From the NCBI GenBank assembly GCA_016839365.1, contig JAEOUH010000068.1, positions 1-44,087 on the forward strand: a DNA stretch of 44,087 nucleotides, in the 5' to 3' direction. The DNA comes from Candidatus Hermodarchaeota archaeon (GTDB taxonomy: Archaea; Asgardarchaeota; Hermodarchaeia; Hermodarchaeales; Hermodarchaeaceae). A program made the translations under genes and the position numbers. The first letter of the stretch is position 1. Each line of letters opens with the position of its first letter. Shown one piece after another: positions 27,120 to 35,000 of the stretch. The notes under the pieces were generated by a model, which did no database searches, was not told where the DNA came from, and worked only from the letters and a program-made list of their open reading frames with translations.

Positions 27120-28511
27120 CTATCTGATGTGAATCACTCGTCGTGATTCGATAAACCATATTACTGGTTCTAGCTTTAACTCACTTGAATTAGCCTCAAA
27201 CCCATCTAATCCAATTACCATTCTTGATCCTGGTTCTCGATTCATCGGAGGTGTGATTGGATAGCTTTGTGGGCCAAACGATGCTGGCGTAACCTGAAAG
27301 ACAATCGTTTCATTATCCACGCATACTGCTGGAAAGCGTATGATAATGTCGGTTACGTTCTGTTTTTCGTATGCTAGATTCGGCGTATCAATGCTGATTT
27401 CAGCCTTGGGGAATTGCATGGGTTGATCTTGCACTGCACCCGTAAAACCGGTTTGCATGAAGAACTCGTTCATCGAACTTGTAAGGTCCAATAGACAGAA
27501 CGTTTCATTGGTAAATGTTGTAACGTTCAAGTCGAAGATGTATCCCCATGTCTGGTTTTGCGACATAGCAACTGTAATCGGATTTGCTCGGAATCCAATG
27601 TGCGTTTCATTATTGGTTGTGTGCGGTTCAAAATCGTTGGTCTTGCTTCCGATTCGGAAAATCTCATGAAGCGTAATGTTCGCGAGGAGTGTGGTATCGT
27701 TGTAGATCTGCTTGGGGAAGATTATGCTTGACTCGCCAAAATTATAGACGTTTGCATCAGGATCGGTGAGTGTGCTAAAGGTGATGTTACAGTGGACGAT
27801 AGTCGGGGTGTTTTCAGGAAGCGTGTCATTTTCTGGATGAATATCGAAGGTGAAAGTGAACATATTCTCTAAGTTATCATTTCGGAGCCAGCTGTTGTCA
27901 CTACTATTGATGATGTAGCTCCAAAACAGCGACCAGTACCCTGTCATGGATGCCCCACCTCGCAGGGCATATTCTTCGAAGGTGTATTGCTTATTCGGTT
28001 GAATATTGTCGACAACGAATGCGAGGCTGTCGGCTCCAACTTCTGGAGGGATATAGTATGCATTTCCAAAGTAGTCATAGAAGACATAAGGGTCTCGTAA
28101 TGTGAAGTTCACTTGTCCTCTTTCGAAGTCACGTGTAAATGACACGTTGAGTGGTTGATAGCCTCCGAAGGTGCCTCCTGCAAATCGGCCAAGCATGTAA
28201 TCGATTTGAACTTGGCCGGTATTATTGATGTACACGTAAAAGATATCCTGTTGGAGGATATCGACATCACCCTGTAAGGGCTCAGGAGGTTCAATTGGCG
28301 GTAGATTGATCCACCAGATCCAAGCGCTACCACCAATGATGATGGAAATTAGAACTACTACAAGGCCATATTGAACCCATCTTGGTGTTCGTCGGGTTCG
28401 TTGCCTGACTTGACGGTCACGTTTTCGTTGTAACTTTTCTGGAACTGATTCAAGGCGTCTCTTCTGCTTTGTCTTCTTCTGTCTCCGTTGTCGTCGTGAC
28501 ACAGCGAACAA
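27120..28511 (-). CDS. Single-pass surface glycoprotein-like protein with very basic N-tail
   Basis: Arg/Lys-rich N-terminus, one TM helix, beta-rich ectodomain with about 15 N-x-S/T sequons. Confidence 0.8.
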   Translation of the reverse strand: MFAVSRRQRRQKKTKQKRRLESVPEKLQRKRDRQVRQRTRRTPRWVQYGLVVVLISIIIGGSAWIWWINLPPIEPPEPLQGDVDILQQDIFYVYINNTGQVQIDYMLGRFAGGTFGGYQPLNVSFTRDFERGQVNFTLRDPYVFYDYFGNAYYIPPEVGADSLAFVVDNIQPNKQYTFEEYALRGGASMTGYWSLFWSYIINSSDNSWLRNDNLENMFTFTFDIHPENDTLPENTPTIVHCNITFSTLTDPDANVYNFGESSIIFPKQIYNDTTLLANITLHEIFRIGSKTNDFEPHTTNNETHIGFRANPITVAMSQNQTWGYIFDLNVTTFTNETFCLLDLTSSMNEFFMQTGFTGAVQDQPMQFPKAEISIDTPNLAYEKQNVTDIIIRFPAVCVDNETIVFQVTPASFGPQSYPITPPMNREPGSRMVIGLDGFEANSSELKLEPVIWFIESRRVIHIR

Positions 28512-28676
28512 CCTACCTTCAGGCGAGAGCGTCGATTATGTTTCCCGTATTTCAACCTTACGGCTACGGAAACAAATCCCTCTACTAGGATAGATGAAGG
28601 GTTATCAGAAAACTTAAATGACCCTCGGTGAATTGAGGTCGCGCCACCCAATGCCCAACATTGGGGTAAGAAATAT

Positions 28677-29063
28677 GTGGCGATGAAGTTGTCAGAGAAA
28701 AAAGAGACATCTGAAGAAGCCCCTAAGGAACCAGTTCCTGAAGAACCCAAATCAGAAGCGACTCCAGCATCAACTGCCGATGAAGAGGACGAGGAACTTG
28801 AGGATTTAGAGGATGAACCAGTCGAGGACACCAAATCCAAACGTAAAAAGTCCTCTAAGAAACGCGCTAAACTCACAGTTCTACAAGCAGCTGTCCTTGA
28901 AACTATTCGCGAACGACCTCAACGTCCACGAGCCATTCAGACAATCATCCGGGGAACTGGCGGGGTAGATCTTCCTCGGAATGAGATTATCAGATCGCTC
29001 AACGAGTTGCGTAATAAAGGGCTCGCTGATAAGGTGACAACTAAAGCGTGGCAGGCAAAATAG
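28677..29063 (+). CDS. Acidic/basic disordered N-terminus plus winged-helix domain
   Basis: DEEDEELEDLEDE, KSKRKKSSKKRAK, LQAAVLETIR...EIIRSLNELRNKGLADK...W. Confidence 0.75.
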   Translation: MAMKLSEKKETSEEAPKEPVPEEPKSEATPASTADEEDEELEDLEDEPVEDTKSKRKKSSKKRAKLTVLQAAVLETIRERPQRPRAIQTIIRGTGGVDLPRNEIIRSLNELRNKGLADKVTTKAWQAK

Positions 29064-29085
29064 GTCGCTTGCCGTTATTTCTGGT

Positions 29086-30615
29086 TCAGCGACCCTTGAG
29101 TTCTGCCAGTGCTCGTTCTGCAATGTTCATCGCTTTCTGGTATTTTTTCTCTGCCTTTTTCAGCTCTGCTTCGAGTTGCCGAATCCTAGCTATTAATTGC
29201 GTGTTTTCCTCTCGGAAATCATGGAGTTTCTGTTCTGCCGCTTGCAGCTCTGATCGAAGGGTATGAACTTGTTGAGGCATCTGACCACCATTAGCATCTG
29301 CGGTCAATTGCTGGAAACGTTCAACAGCCGCTTTGATTCTACCTGCAAAATCTGTTCGTAATCGAATTCGACGTTTCTCCAATTCTTCCAAGGTTTGTTT
29401 TTCGGCAAAGTCTAACGGATTGAAACCAGTTGCACCGTGGGTGGTTTCTCGATTTCGAACGTCAAGAAAGACTGGCACCTCCACGGCATCACCAGCGACC
29501 ACCACTTGACCAGTATCAAGGCGTTGAATGTCTTCGGCCCACTCTTTGGAAAGCCCCTCAGTGCTAGACACTGTGATATCCACGTCCCGAATATCAGTTA
29601 GCTGGTGAATAATCCAGGTCCCGACCTGGCTTCTAACCGTTGTATCAAGGAGCTGGGGCTTTTGAGTGATGACGACGAGGTTTGCAGCGAATTTACGACC
29701 TTCCTGAGCGAATAAGCGCATCATCCCAGTCGTTGCAGCTTTACCTCGATTTGGAGCTAGAGTGTGAGCCTCGTCAACGAAACAATAGAACGGGGGAATT
29801 TCGCGATTAACAGCTGCATGATACAAATCATTTAGAATTTCCTGTGACAAAGCCTCTTGGACTCCAAGGTCAAGGCCACGTAAGTTAATGATGGTTCCCT
29901 GCCCCGAGACTACCAAATCCTGAGGATGCGTCCCCAAAAGGGCTTCAATCGGTAAATCAGCTCCAGGATTCGCATGCAAGTCTGCAAACTCAATGACACT
30001 CATCTCATACCCACGGGGCTCCACTTCAAAACGCTCACTTCCTGCTTCGGCTGCGATTTTCAGACTGGAATATTCTCCATGTCGGTCCAAGACCACAATT
30101 GGGATGCCCTTTTTTAGAAATTCTTCCATGATGACGGCCGTGGTGTAGCTTTTTCCACTCCCTGTTTTTCCAACCACAAACAATCGACCTAATCGTTTCA
30201 CTGGTAAGCGGACCGGAACCGTAGTCCCAGAGATTTGTCCGACAAATGTCCCCTCATCAACAGGAATATCTATTCCCAAAGCCGCATTTACTGTTCGTGG
30301 AGTTGCCTTATAGACCATCATCTCAGGATTAAACGGAGTTCTGGGCATCGGACCTACTACACTACACTGCCCTAATGTTTTCCCTCCTTCCCGCCACAAT
30401 TCCTTACACAGGAGCAGATACTCTTCTCCTCGATGATTAATTGCTAAAAAGTCATTTCGACCCACTTCGCCTTGTTTAGTCACCCGAATCCTTAAAGTGT
30501 GGGTGGTCGTCTTGCCCACAATTTCTGCTACGGGCTCAATCGGCTCTGATTCGGAGGCGGCTTCAGCCAGCTCTTCAATCTTTTCGGGTTCTTCGTTGGG
30601 TGGATCTGATGGCAT
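29086..30615 (-). CDS. HerA/FtsK-family ATPase with C-terminal coiled coil
   Basis: HAS-barrel-like N-terminus, GKTGSGKS, LDRHGEY, VDEAH, EGRKF, ITQKP. Confidence 0.9.
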   Translation of the reverse strand: MPSDPPNEEPEKIEELAEAASESEPIEPVAEIVGKTTTHTLRIRVTKQGEVGRNDFLAINHRGEEYLLLCKELWREGGKTLGQCSVVGPMPRTPFNPEMMVYKATPRTVNAALGIDIPVDEGTFVGQISGTTVPVRLPVKRLGRLFVVGKTGSGKSYTTAVIMEEFLKKGIPIVVLDRHGEYSSLKIAAEAGSERFEVEPRGYEMSVIEFADLHANPGADLPIEALLGTHPQDLVVSGQGTIINLRGLDLGVQEALSQEILNDLYHAAVNREIPPFYCFVDEAHTLAPNRGKAATTGMMRLFAQEGRKFAANLVVITQKPQLLDTTVRSQVGTWIIHQLTDIRDVDITVSSTEGLSKEWAEDIQRLDTGQVVVAGDAVEVPVFLDVRNRETTHGATGFNPLDFAEKQTLEELEKRRIRLRTDFAGRIKAAVERFQQLTADANGGQMPQQVHTLRSELQAAEQKLHDFREENTQLIARIRQLEAELKKAEKKYQKAMNIAERALAELKGR

Positions 30616-30833
30616 TATTACTACCCCAGTTCGTGTAATGCCTTTGAAAGCACGCCCTTATAGACTTCGCGTGTCATTGAACGAGAACAACTTCCATACA
30701 ATTTTCTCTCACCCAATCTATAATTCGTCGAATAATCAGTTAAAATGCCCTTTCAATTCCCATTCCCACCTTAATCACGGACTAACAGAACACTTTTTTC
30801 CTCTTCAACGAAAGTCTGTAAGGGGATACTGCC

Positions 30834-31472
30834 GTGTCAACAGAGATTTCCATCGGACAACTATCACCCAGCCTTGCCTTTGGAGCCGCATATTTCTGCG
30901 TCTCATCCATCGGAACCCGTTTAACCAACATCGCCGAAACCTACACCGAAGAAGGCTTCTTCGGCACCGCAACTGTCTCGTTCCGGATACCAAGCACTAA
31001 AGACCGCCTTGAAGTCACCCTCCTTGTCGATTCAAAAACACCAACTATCCAACTCGAAATTATGGGTGGAGACGACGATAAACGCCCTACGTACCTCAAC
31101 GAAATTGCCAAACGGATCACCGAAACCTTGGAGCGTTTTAGCAGTGTACCTGGTGTCAAACTCTCACACGCCTCCAAAGCTGTCGTCGTTGAGCGTAAAA
31201 TTGATGAAGCCCTCAATCAACTCCTCTCTGACCCCGACTATCAAAAAGTCTACGTTCAAATCGCAGATGCCCGTGAACGCCTCATCCGTATCGGCGGCGA
31301 CTTCCAACCCGCCACCCTTGAAATGGGGGCCATCCTCACTCCACTTGCCGGAAAAAACGGTCCAATCCCCGAAGAAAACCGCGAAGAACTAGCCCTGAAC
31401 TTACTCCGCTGGAAGAAACAAATTAAAAAAGTCGTCAACCAACTGACCACTGAAACCGACGACGAAGACTAG
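30834..31472 (+). CDS. Hypothetical protein
   Basis: 212-aa ORF, AGGGG upstream of GTG, divergent from the HerA-like gene. Confidence 0.75.
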   Translation: MSTEISIGQLSPSLAFGAAYFCVSSIGTRLTNIAETYTEEGFFGTATVSFRIPSTKDRLEVTLLVDSKTPTIQLEIMGGDDDKRPTYLNEIAKRITETLERFSSVPGVKLSHASKAVVVERKIDEALNQLLSDPDYQKVYVQIADARERLIRIGGDFQPATLEMGAILTPLAGKNGPIPEENREELALNLLRWKKQIKKVVNQLTTETDDED

Positions 31473-31483
31473 CCCCCTACTCG

Positions 31484-31708
31484 CTAGGCGCCATACCGCC
31501 ACTTATCCACTTTCTTATCCTGCTTCGTCTGCTTCTTATACAGCTTGTAGTGTTTCTGGCACAAGTACAACCGACGTGGCTGCTCATCCTCAAACGCGGC
31601 ACCTGCAGCCTGCAATCCTTCACGTGCCTTCTCAGCCGACACTGATCGAGTTGCCTTTTCATCGCACCCCTTAACACTGCAAACCGTACCAGTTTTCACT
31701 TTTCCCAT
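31484..31708 (-). CDS. Small basic Zn-finger-like archaeal protein
   Basis: CSVKGC...LYLCQKH, basic C-terminus. Confidence 0.75.
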   Translation of the reverse strand: MGKVKTGTVCSVKGCDEKATRSVSAEKAREGLQAAGAAFEDEQPRRLYLCQKHYKLYKKQTKQDKKVDKWRYGA

Positions 31709-31729
31709 CTAATCACACACCACACAATA

Positions 31730-32869
31730 CTACCCATATTCCACCTTCACCGAATCATGACCACACTTGGCAACACAGTCAAGACAGAGGATGCATTCGG
31801 AGTCGTGGATGGGTCCGAAGGGTTTGGCCATGACGTCGATGCCGACTGGGCAGGCTTGTTTGCATCGTGGGGAGTCACAGGTGGGGCCGAGGCATTCGGT
31901 GGCGCTACGGCTGACGGTGAGGAAGCTAAATTGTCCGACAAGTCCCATAAGTGCACCAGTAGGGCAGATATATCGGCAGTATGGGCGCATCATGAAGAGG
32001 GCCATGAGAAGTATAACGATAAGGAATCCGAGGCGAATGTACATTGGAAAGCCCCAGGCGATGAATGGGGGGTTCCATGCTGTGAGGATGGGTGATACGA
32101 CCCCATTCAGGTATAGGTAGGGTAGAATCACGAAGAAGACCCCAGAGGGGTTAATGGTTGCCCAAAATGCCGTGGCAAAGGGCGTGGTAACGGCAGCTCT
32201 GAAATTTTCCGCGAGCACTGGGTTAATGACTCCAATTGCGCCGAGAAAAGTCCAAGTACCGAGCCAAGCAACAAGGAAAAGGACGACGAATAAGATGACG
32301 TATTTGATGCTTTTCAGGCGTTCATCCCATTTTTTGGAAGGGTAGCGTTTGCGAATCGGTGTAAGTGCAAAAAGGTCTTGAACGAAACCAAAGGGGCAAA
32401 TCCAACCGCAGAAACTACGTCCAACGAGGATTGGAACGACGAGGATAACACCGACAGCGATATAGGGGAATATCCCTTGTTGCCCCATAAACTGGATCAT
32501 ATCAAAATAACCGATTCCTGTTCCTTGGGCAGAACCTTGGGGCATATCAAAGGGGAGCGGGATGTATCCAAAGATGGGGATGAGCCAACCGATTCCACCT
32601 AGGACGGTCCCAATGAGGGGATCATAACCTAATACGAAGACGATACCGGCATAGAATAGGACTAGGAAGGCAGATAGTTGGACGATGAATCGAATGATGC
32701 GGATGGCCAGCAGTTCTTCAAAGGCTTTGTTCACCCAGTAGTGAAGCGTTTTATGGGGCCGGGTTCTTTCCAAAATCTGCCGTTTCCATTTTGGGAATGG
32801 ACGTCCAATCTTGTCCCAAATACGTTCAGATTTCTCTTCTGCTTTGGATTTGTCTTCAGTTTCGCTCAC
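31730..32869 (-). CDS. NapH/MauN-type membrane 4Fe-4S protein
   Basis: GRSFCGWICPFG, RPYCRYICPTG, CKQACP, CILCLDCVAKC; start moved to GTG 32869 because an upstream small ORF overlaps the longer call. Confidence 0.9.
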   Translation of the reverse strand: MSETEDKSKAEEKSERIWDKIGRPFPKWKRQILERTRPHKTLHYWVNKAFEELLAIRIIRFIVQLSAFLVLFYAGIVFVLGYDPLIGTVLGGIGWLIPIFGYIPLPFDMPQGSAQGTGIGYFDMIQFMGQQGIFPYIAVGVILVVPILVGRSFCGWICPFGFVQDLFALTPIRKRYPSKKWDERLKSIKYVILFVVLFLVAWLGTWTFLGAIGVINPVLAENFRAAVTTPFATAFWATINPSGVFFVILPYLYLNGVVSPILTAWNPPFIAWGFPMYIRLGFLIVILLMALFMMRPYCRYICPTGALMGLVGQFSFLTVSRSATECLGPTCDSPRCKQACPVGIDVMAKPFGPIHDSECILCLDCVAKCGHDSVKVEYG

Positions 32870-32882
32870 AGTGGCAATCCCC

Positions 32883-33038
32883 TTAGGGTGGTATAGGCTG
32901 TGGGAAGAAGGGTGCATACGCATCGGAGAAGACTTGGAGCCATGAGCGCACGATCTCGTGTTGGCCTATTGAAATTCCAAACGCGAGTGCAGCTAATCCG
33001 ATACATAGAATGGCAATAGCAATCGCTCGTCGGTTCAT
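32883..33038 (-). CDS. 51-aa single-TM peptide (not in ORF track)
   Basis: GGAGGT 8 nt before ATG; MNRRAIAIAILCIGLAALAFGISIGQHEIVRSWLQVFSDAYAPFFPQPIPP. Confidence 0.75.
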   Translation of the reverse strand: MNRRAIAIAILCIGLAALAFGISIGQHEIVRSWLQVFSDAYAPFFPQPIPP

Positions 33039-33131
33039 CTGAAATTACCTCCGGTGAGAGGTTCAGAATTACGCAAGCGTATAAAATGTTTTGTGTTCGG
33101 GTGGGATTTTCACGTAAGAGAACTTGGGTAA

Positions 33132-33887
33132 CTAAAAATCACGGAGCACCGTTTCAAAGATTTCGACCTGATGACCGAGGGTTTTTGAGCGTTTTTCCAG
33201 GTTCTCTTTCCGTGATTTATAATCAACCTCTTTTACTTCGCCCACAGAATGGCGCGCATCTAACAATGACAGCTCATCGCGCACGGCCTTATATTGAGCT
33301 TTCAGTAAGGCAAGCCATTCGCGGGCTAGAACCACCTTTTCTTGGTATTGGGCATCGGCTTCTGCGATTCCTTGCCCATATTCATCTTGCAGTCGCACAT
33401 ACACACTTTCACGGACCTTCCCGGTTTCCTTCAGTCCTTCCAGCTTCTCCATTCGCTCCTTTAATCGGACCCGTTCCTTACCCGCTTTTTCAAAGTCAAA
33501 CTCTTTGACCTTGGATTGTAGCTTCTTTTCCTTTGTCTTCAACTCTTTGATCTTCTTCTTAAGCGGTTTAATCTCCTCTTCTAGCTCCGCTATTGACCGA
33601 TCACCCTGCTCCAACTCTTTTTCGAGCGACTCCAATTCACTAAGCAGCTCCGTCTCCTCTTCTTCTATTCCCATCAATGCAGATCGGACTTCAAGTTGCG
33701 CCAAGACTTCAGCGGGTACCTCTGTCACCGGTTCACGATCTACGACGATCGCAGGAGCTGCACGACCCGTTGTTACTGGACGGGATACTGGCCTTGATAC
33801 CGGTGCACCTAGTTTCGACCCACAATACTTGCAAAACTTAGCCGAATCCTTCACCGATTGCCCGCAATTAGGACAGATACGAGACAT
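33132..33887 (-). CDS. Zinc ribbon plus CdvA-like coiled-coil protein
   Basis: CPNCG...FCKYCG; LEGLKETGKVRESVYVRLQDEY and LDARHSVGEVKEVDYKSRKENL motifs; AGGTGA before ATG 33887. Confidence 0.78.
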   Translation of the reverse strand: MSRICPNCGQSVKDSAKFCKYCGSKLGAPVSRPVSRPVTTGRAAPAIVVDREPVTEVPAEVLAQLEVRSALMGIEEEETELLSELESLEKELEQGDRSIAELEEEIKPLKKKIKELKTKEKKLQSKVKEFDFEKAGKERVRLKERMEKLEGLKETGKVRESVYVRLQDEYGQGIAEADAQYQEKVVLAREWLALLKAQYKAVRDELSLLDARHSVGEVKEVDYKSRKENLEKRSKTLGHQVEIFETVLRDF

Positions 33888-34023
33888 AGACTCACCTGCC
33901 GAATTCCTTGTAATTTCAAGCCTAAAATCCTTCGCCACCATATGTTTTCCAAGTGCAAACCCGGAAAGCTCCGTAAAGTATTTTCCTCTGAACTAAGCAC
34001 CATTACATGAAGGGATAGGAACC

Positions 34024-34914
34024 ATGCAATTCGATCTATTCTTCTTTCTTCAACAGTATTGGTGGCTCATCGTCATCCTCATCTTCATCATCATCTTACT
34101 CCTTATCATTCCCTTCATCCGTATCCTCAAAGAATACGAACGCGCCGTTATCTTCCGCCTTGGCCGCGCTGTTCCTGGCGTCAAAGGTCCTGGCGTCCTC
34201 TTCCTCATCCCCATCCTTGACAAAATGGTCAAATGCGACCTCCGCGAACAATTTTTCGAAATCGAACACCAACGCTGTATCACTAGCGACAACGCCCCCG
34301 TCGACATCGACCTACTCATCTATCACCGCGTCGTCAACGCCCGCGACAGTGTACTCCGTATCCGTGATTTCAGCGGAGCTGCACTCGGAATCAGCCAAAC
34401 CACCCTCCGAGCCGTCGTTGGCGATATCACCTTGGACGATGTGCTCGCAAAACGTGAATATATCAACAGCGTACTGCGAGAGAAACTCGACGAAAACACC
34501 GAACCATGGGGCGTCAAAGTAACCAAGGTTGAGATCCGTGAGATTCTCCCTCCAACCAAGGTGAACGAGGCGATGATCATGCAAATGGAAGCCGAAAGGC
34601 GCCGTCGTGCCATGGTCACAGAAGCTGCTGGGAAACGGGAATCCACAATTGCTATCGCTGAAGGTGATAAACAATCCGCTATCTTGCGAGCTGAGGGTGA
34701 ACGGCAATCAGCGATTCTTCAGGCTGAGGGTGAAGCCTTGGCGTTGCAGAAGGTCTTTGATGTTGCGAAGGGTATTGATGAAAAAACTATGATTATCCAG
34801 TACTTGAATACAGTTCAGGCGCTGGGTGCAAGTCCGAGTACCAAGTATGTGATCCCCATTGAGTTTACCCAGCTAGTTGCGCCGATACAGAAGTTCTTGA
34901 AGGGTCTCAAATAG
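34024..34914 (+). CDS. SPFH/Band 7 (stomatin/QmcA-like) membrane protein
   Basis: N-terminal TM, EYERAVIFRLG, GPG, ITSDN, QTTLRAVVG, WGVKVTKVEI, AEG repeats. Confidence 0.95.
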   Translation: MQFDLFFFLQQYWWLIVILIFIIILLLIIPFIRILKEYERAVIFRLGRAVPGVKGPGVLFLIPILDKMVKCDLREQFFEIEHQRCITSDNAPVDIDLLIYHRVVNARDSVLRIRDFSGAALGISQTTLRAVVGDITLDDVLAKREYINSVLREKLDENTEPWGVKVTKVEIREILPPTKVNEAMIMQMEAERRRRAMVTEAAGKRESTIAIAEGDKQSAILRAEGERQSAILQAEGEALALQKVFDVAKGIDEKTMIIQYLNTVQALGASPSTKYVIPIEFTQLVAPIQKFLKGLK

Positions 34915-34935
34915 GATTGGTGATGTTATAGCCAT

Positions 34936-34960
34936 GACCGGGATTTTCTTCCCCCCGGTC
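34936..34960. terminator. GC-rich hairpin between convergent genes
   Basis: GACCGGG-N11-CCCGGTC followed by a pyrimidine tract. Confidence 0.5.
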
Positions 34961-35000
34961 GCTTCTTCTATTTACAATGCTATTTGGTTATCTCGCGGGT

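Noticed and set aside
28870-29063. Z-alpha (Z-DNA-binding) domain
   Set aside because: The pattern is similar, but the key Asn, Tyr and Pro-Pro residues are absent
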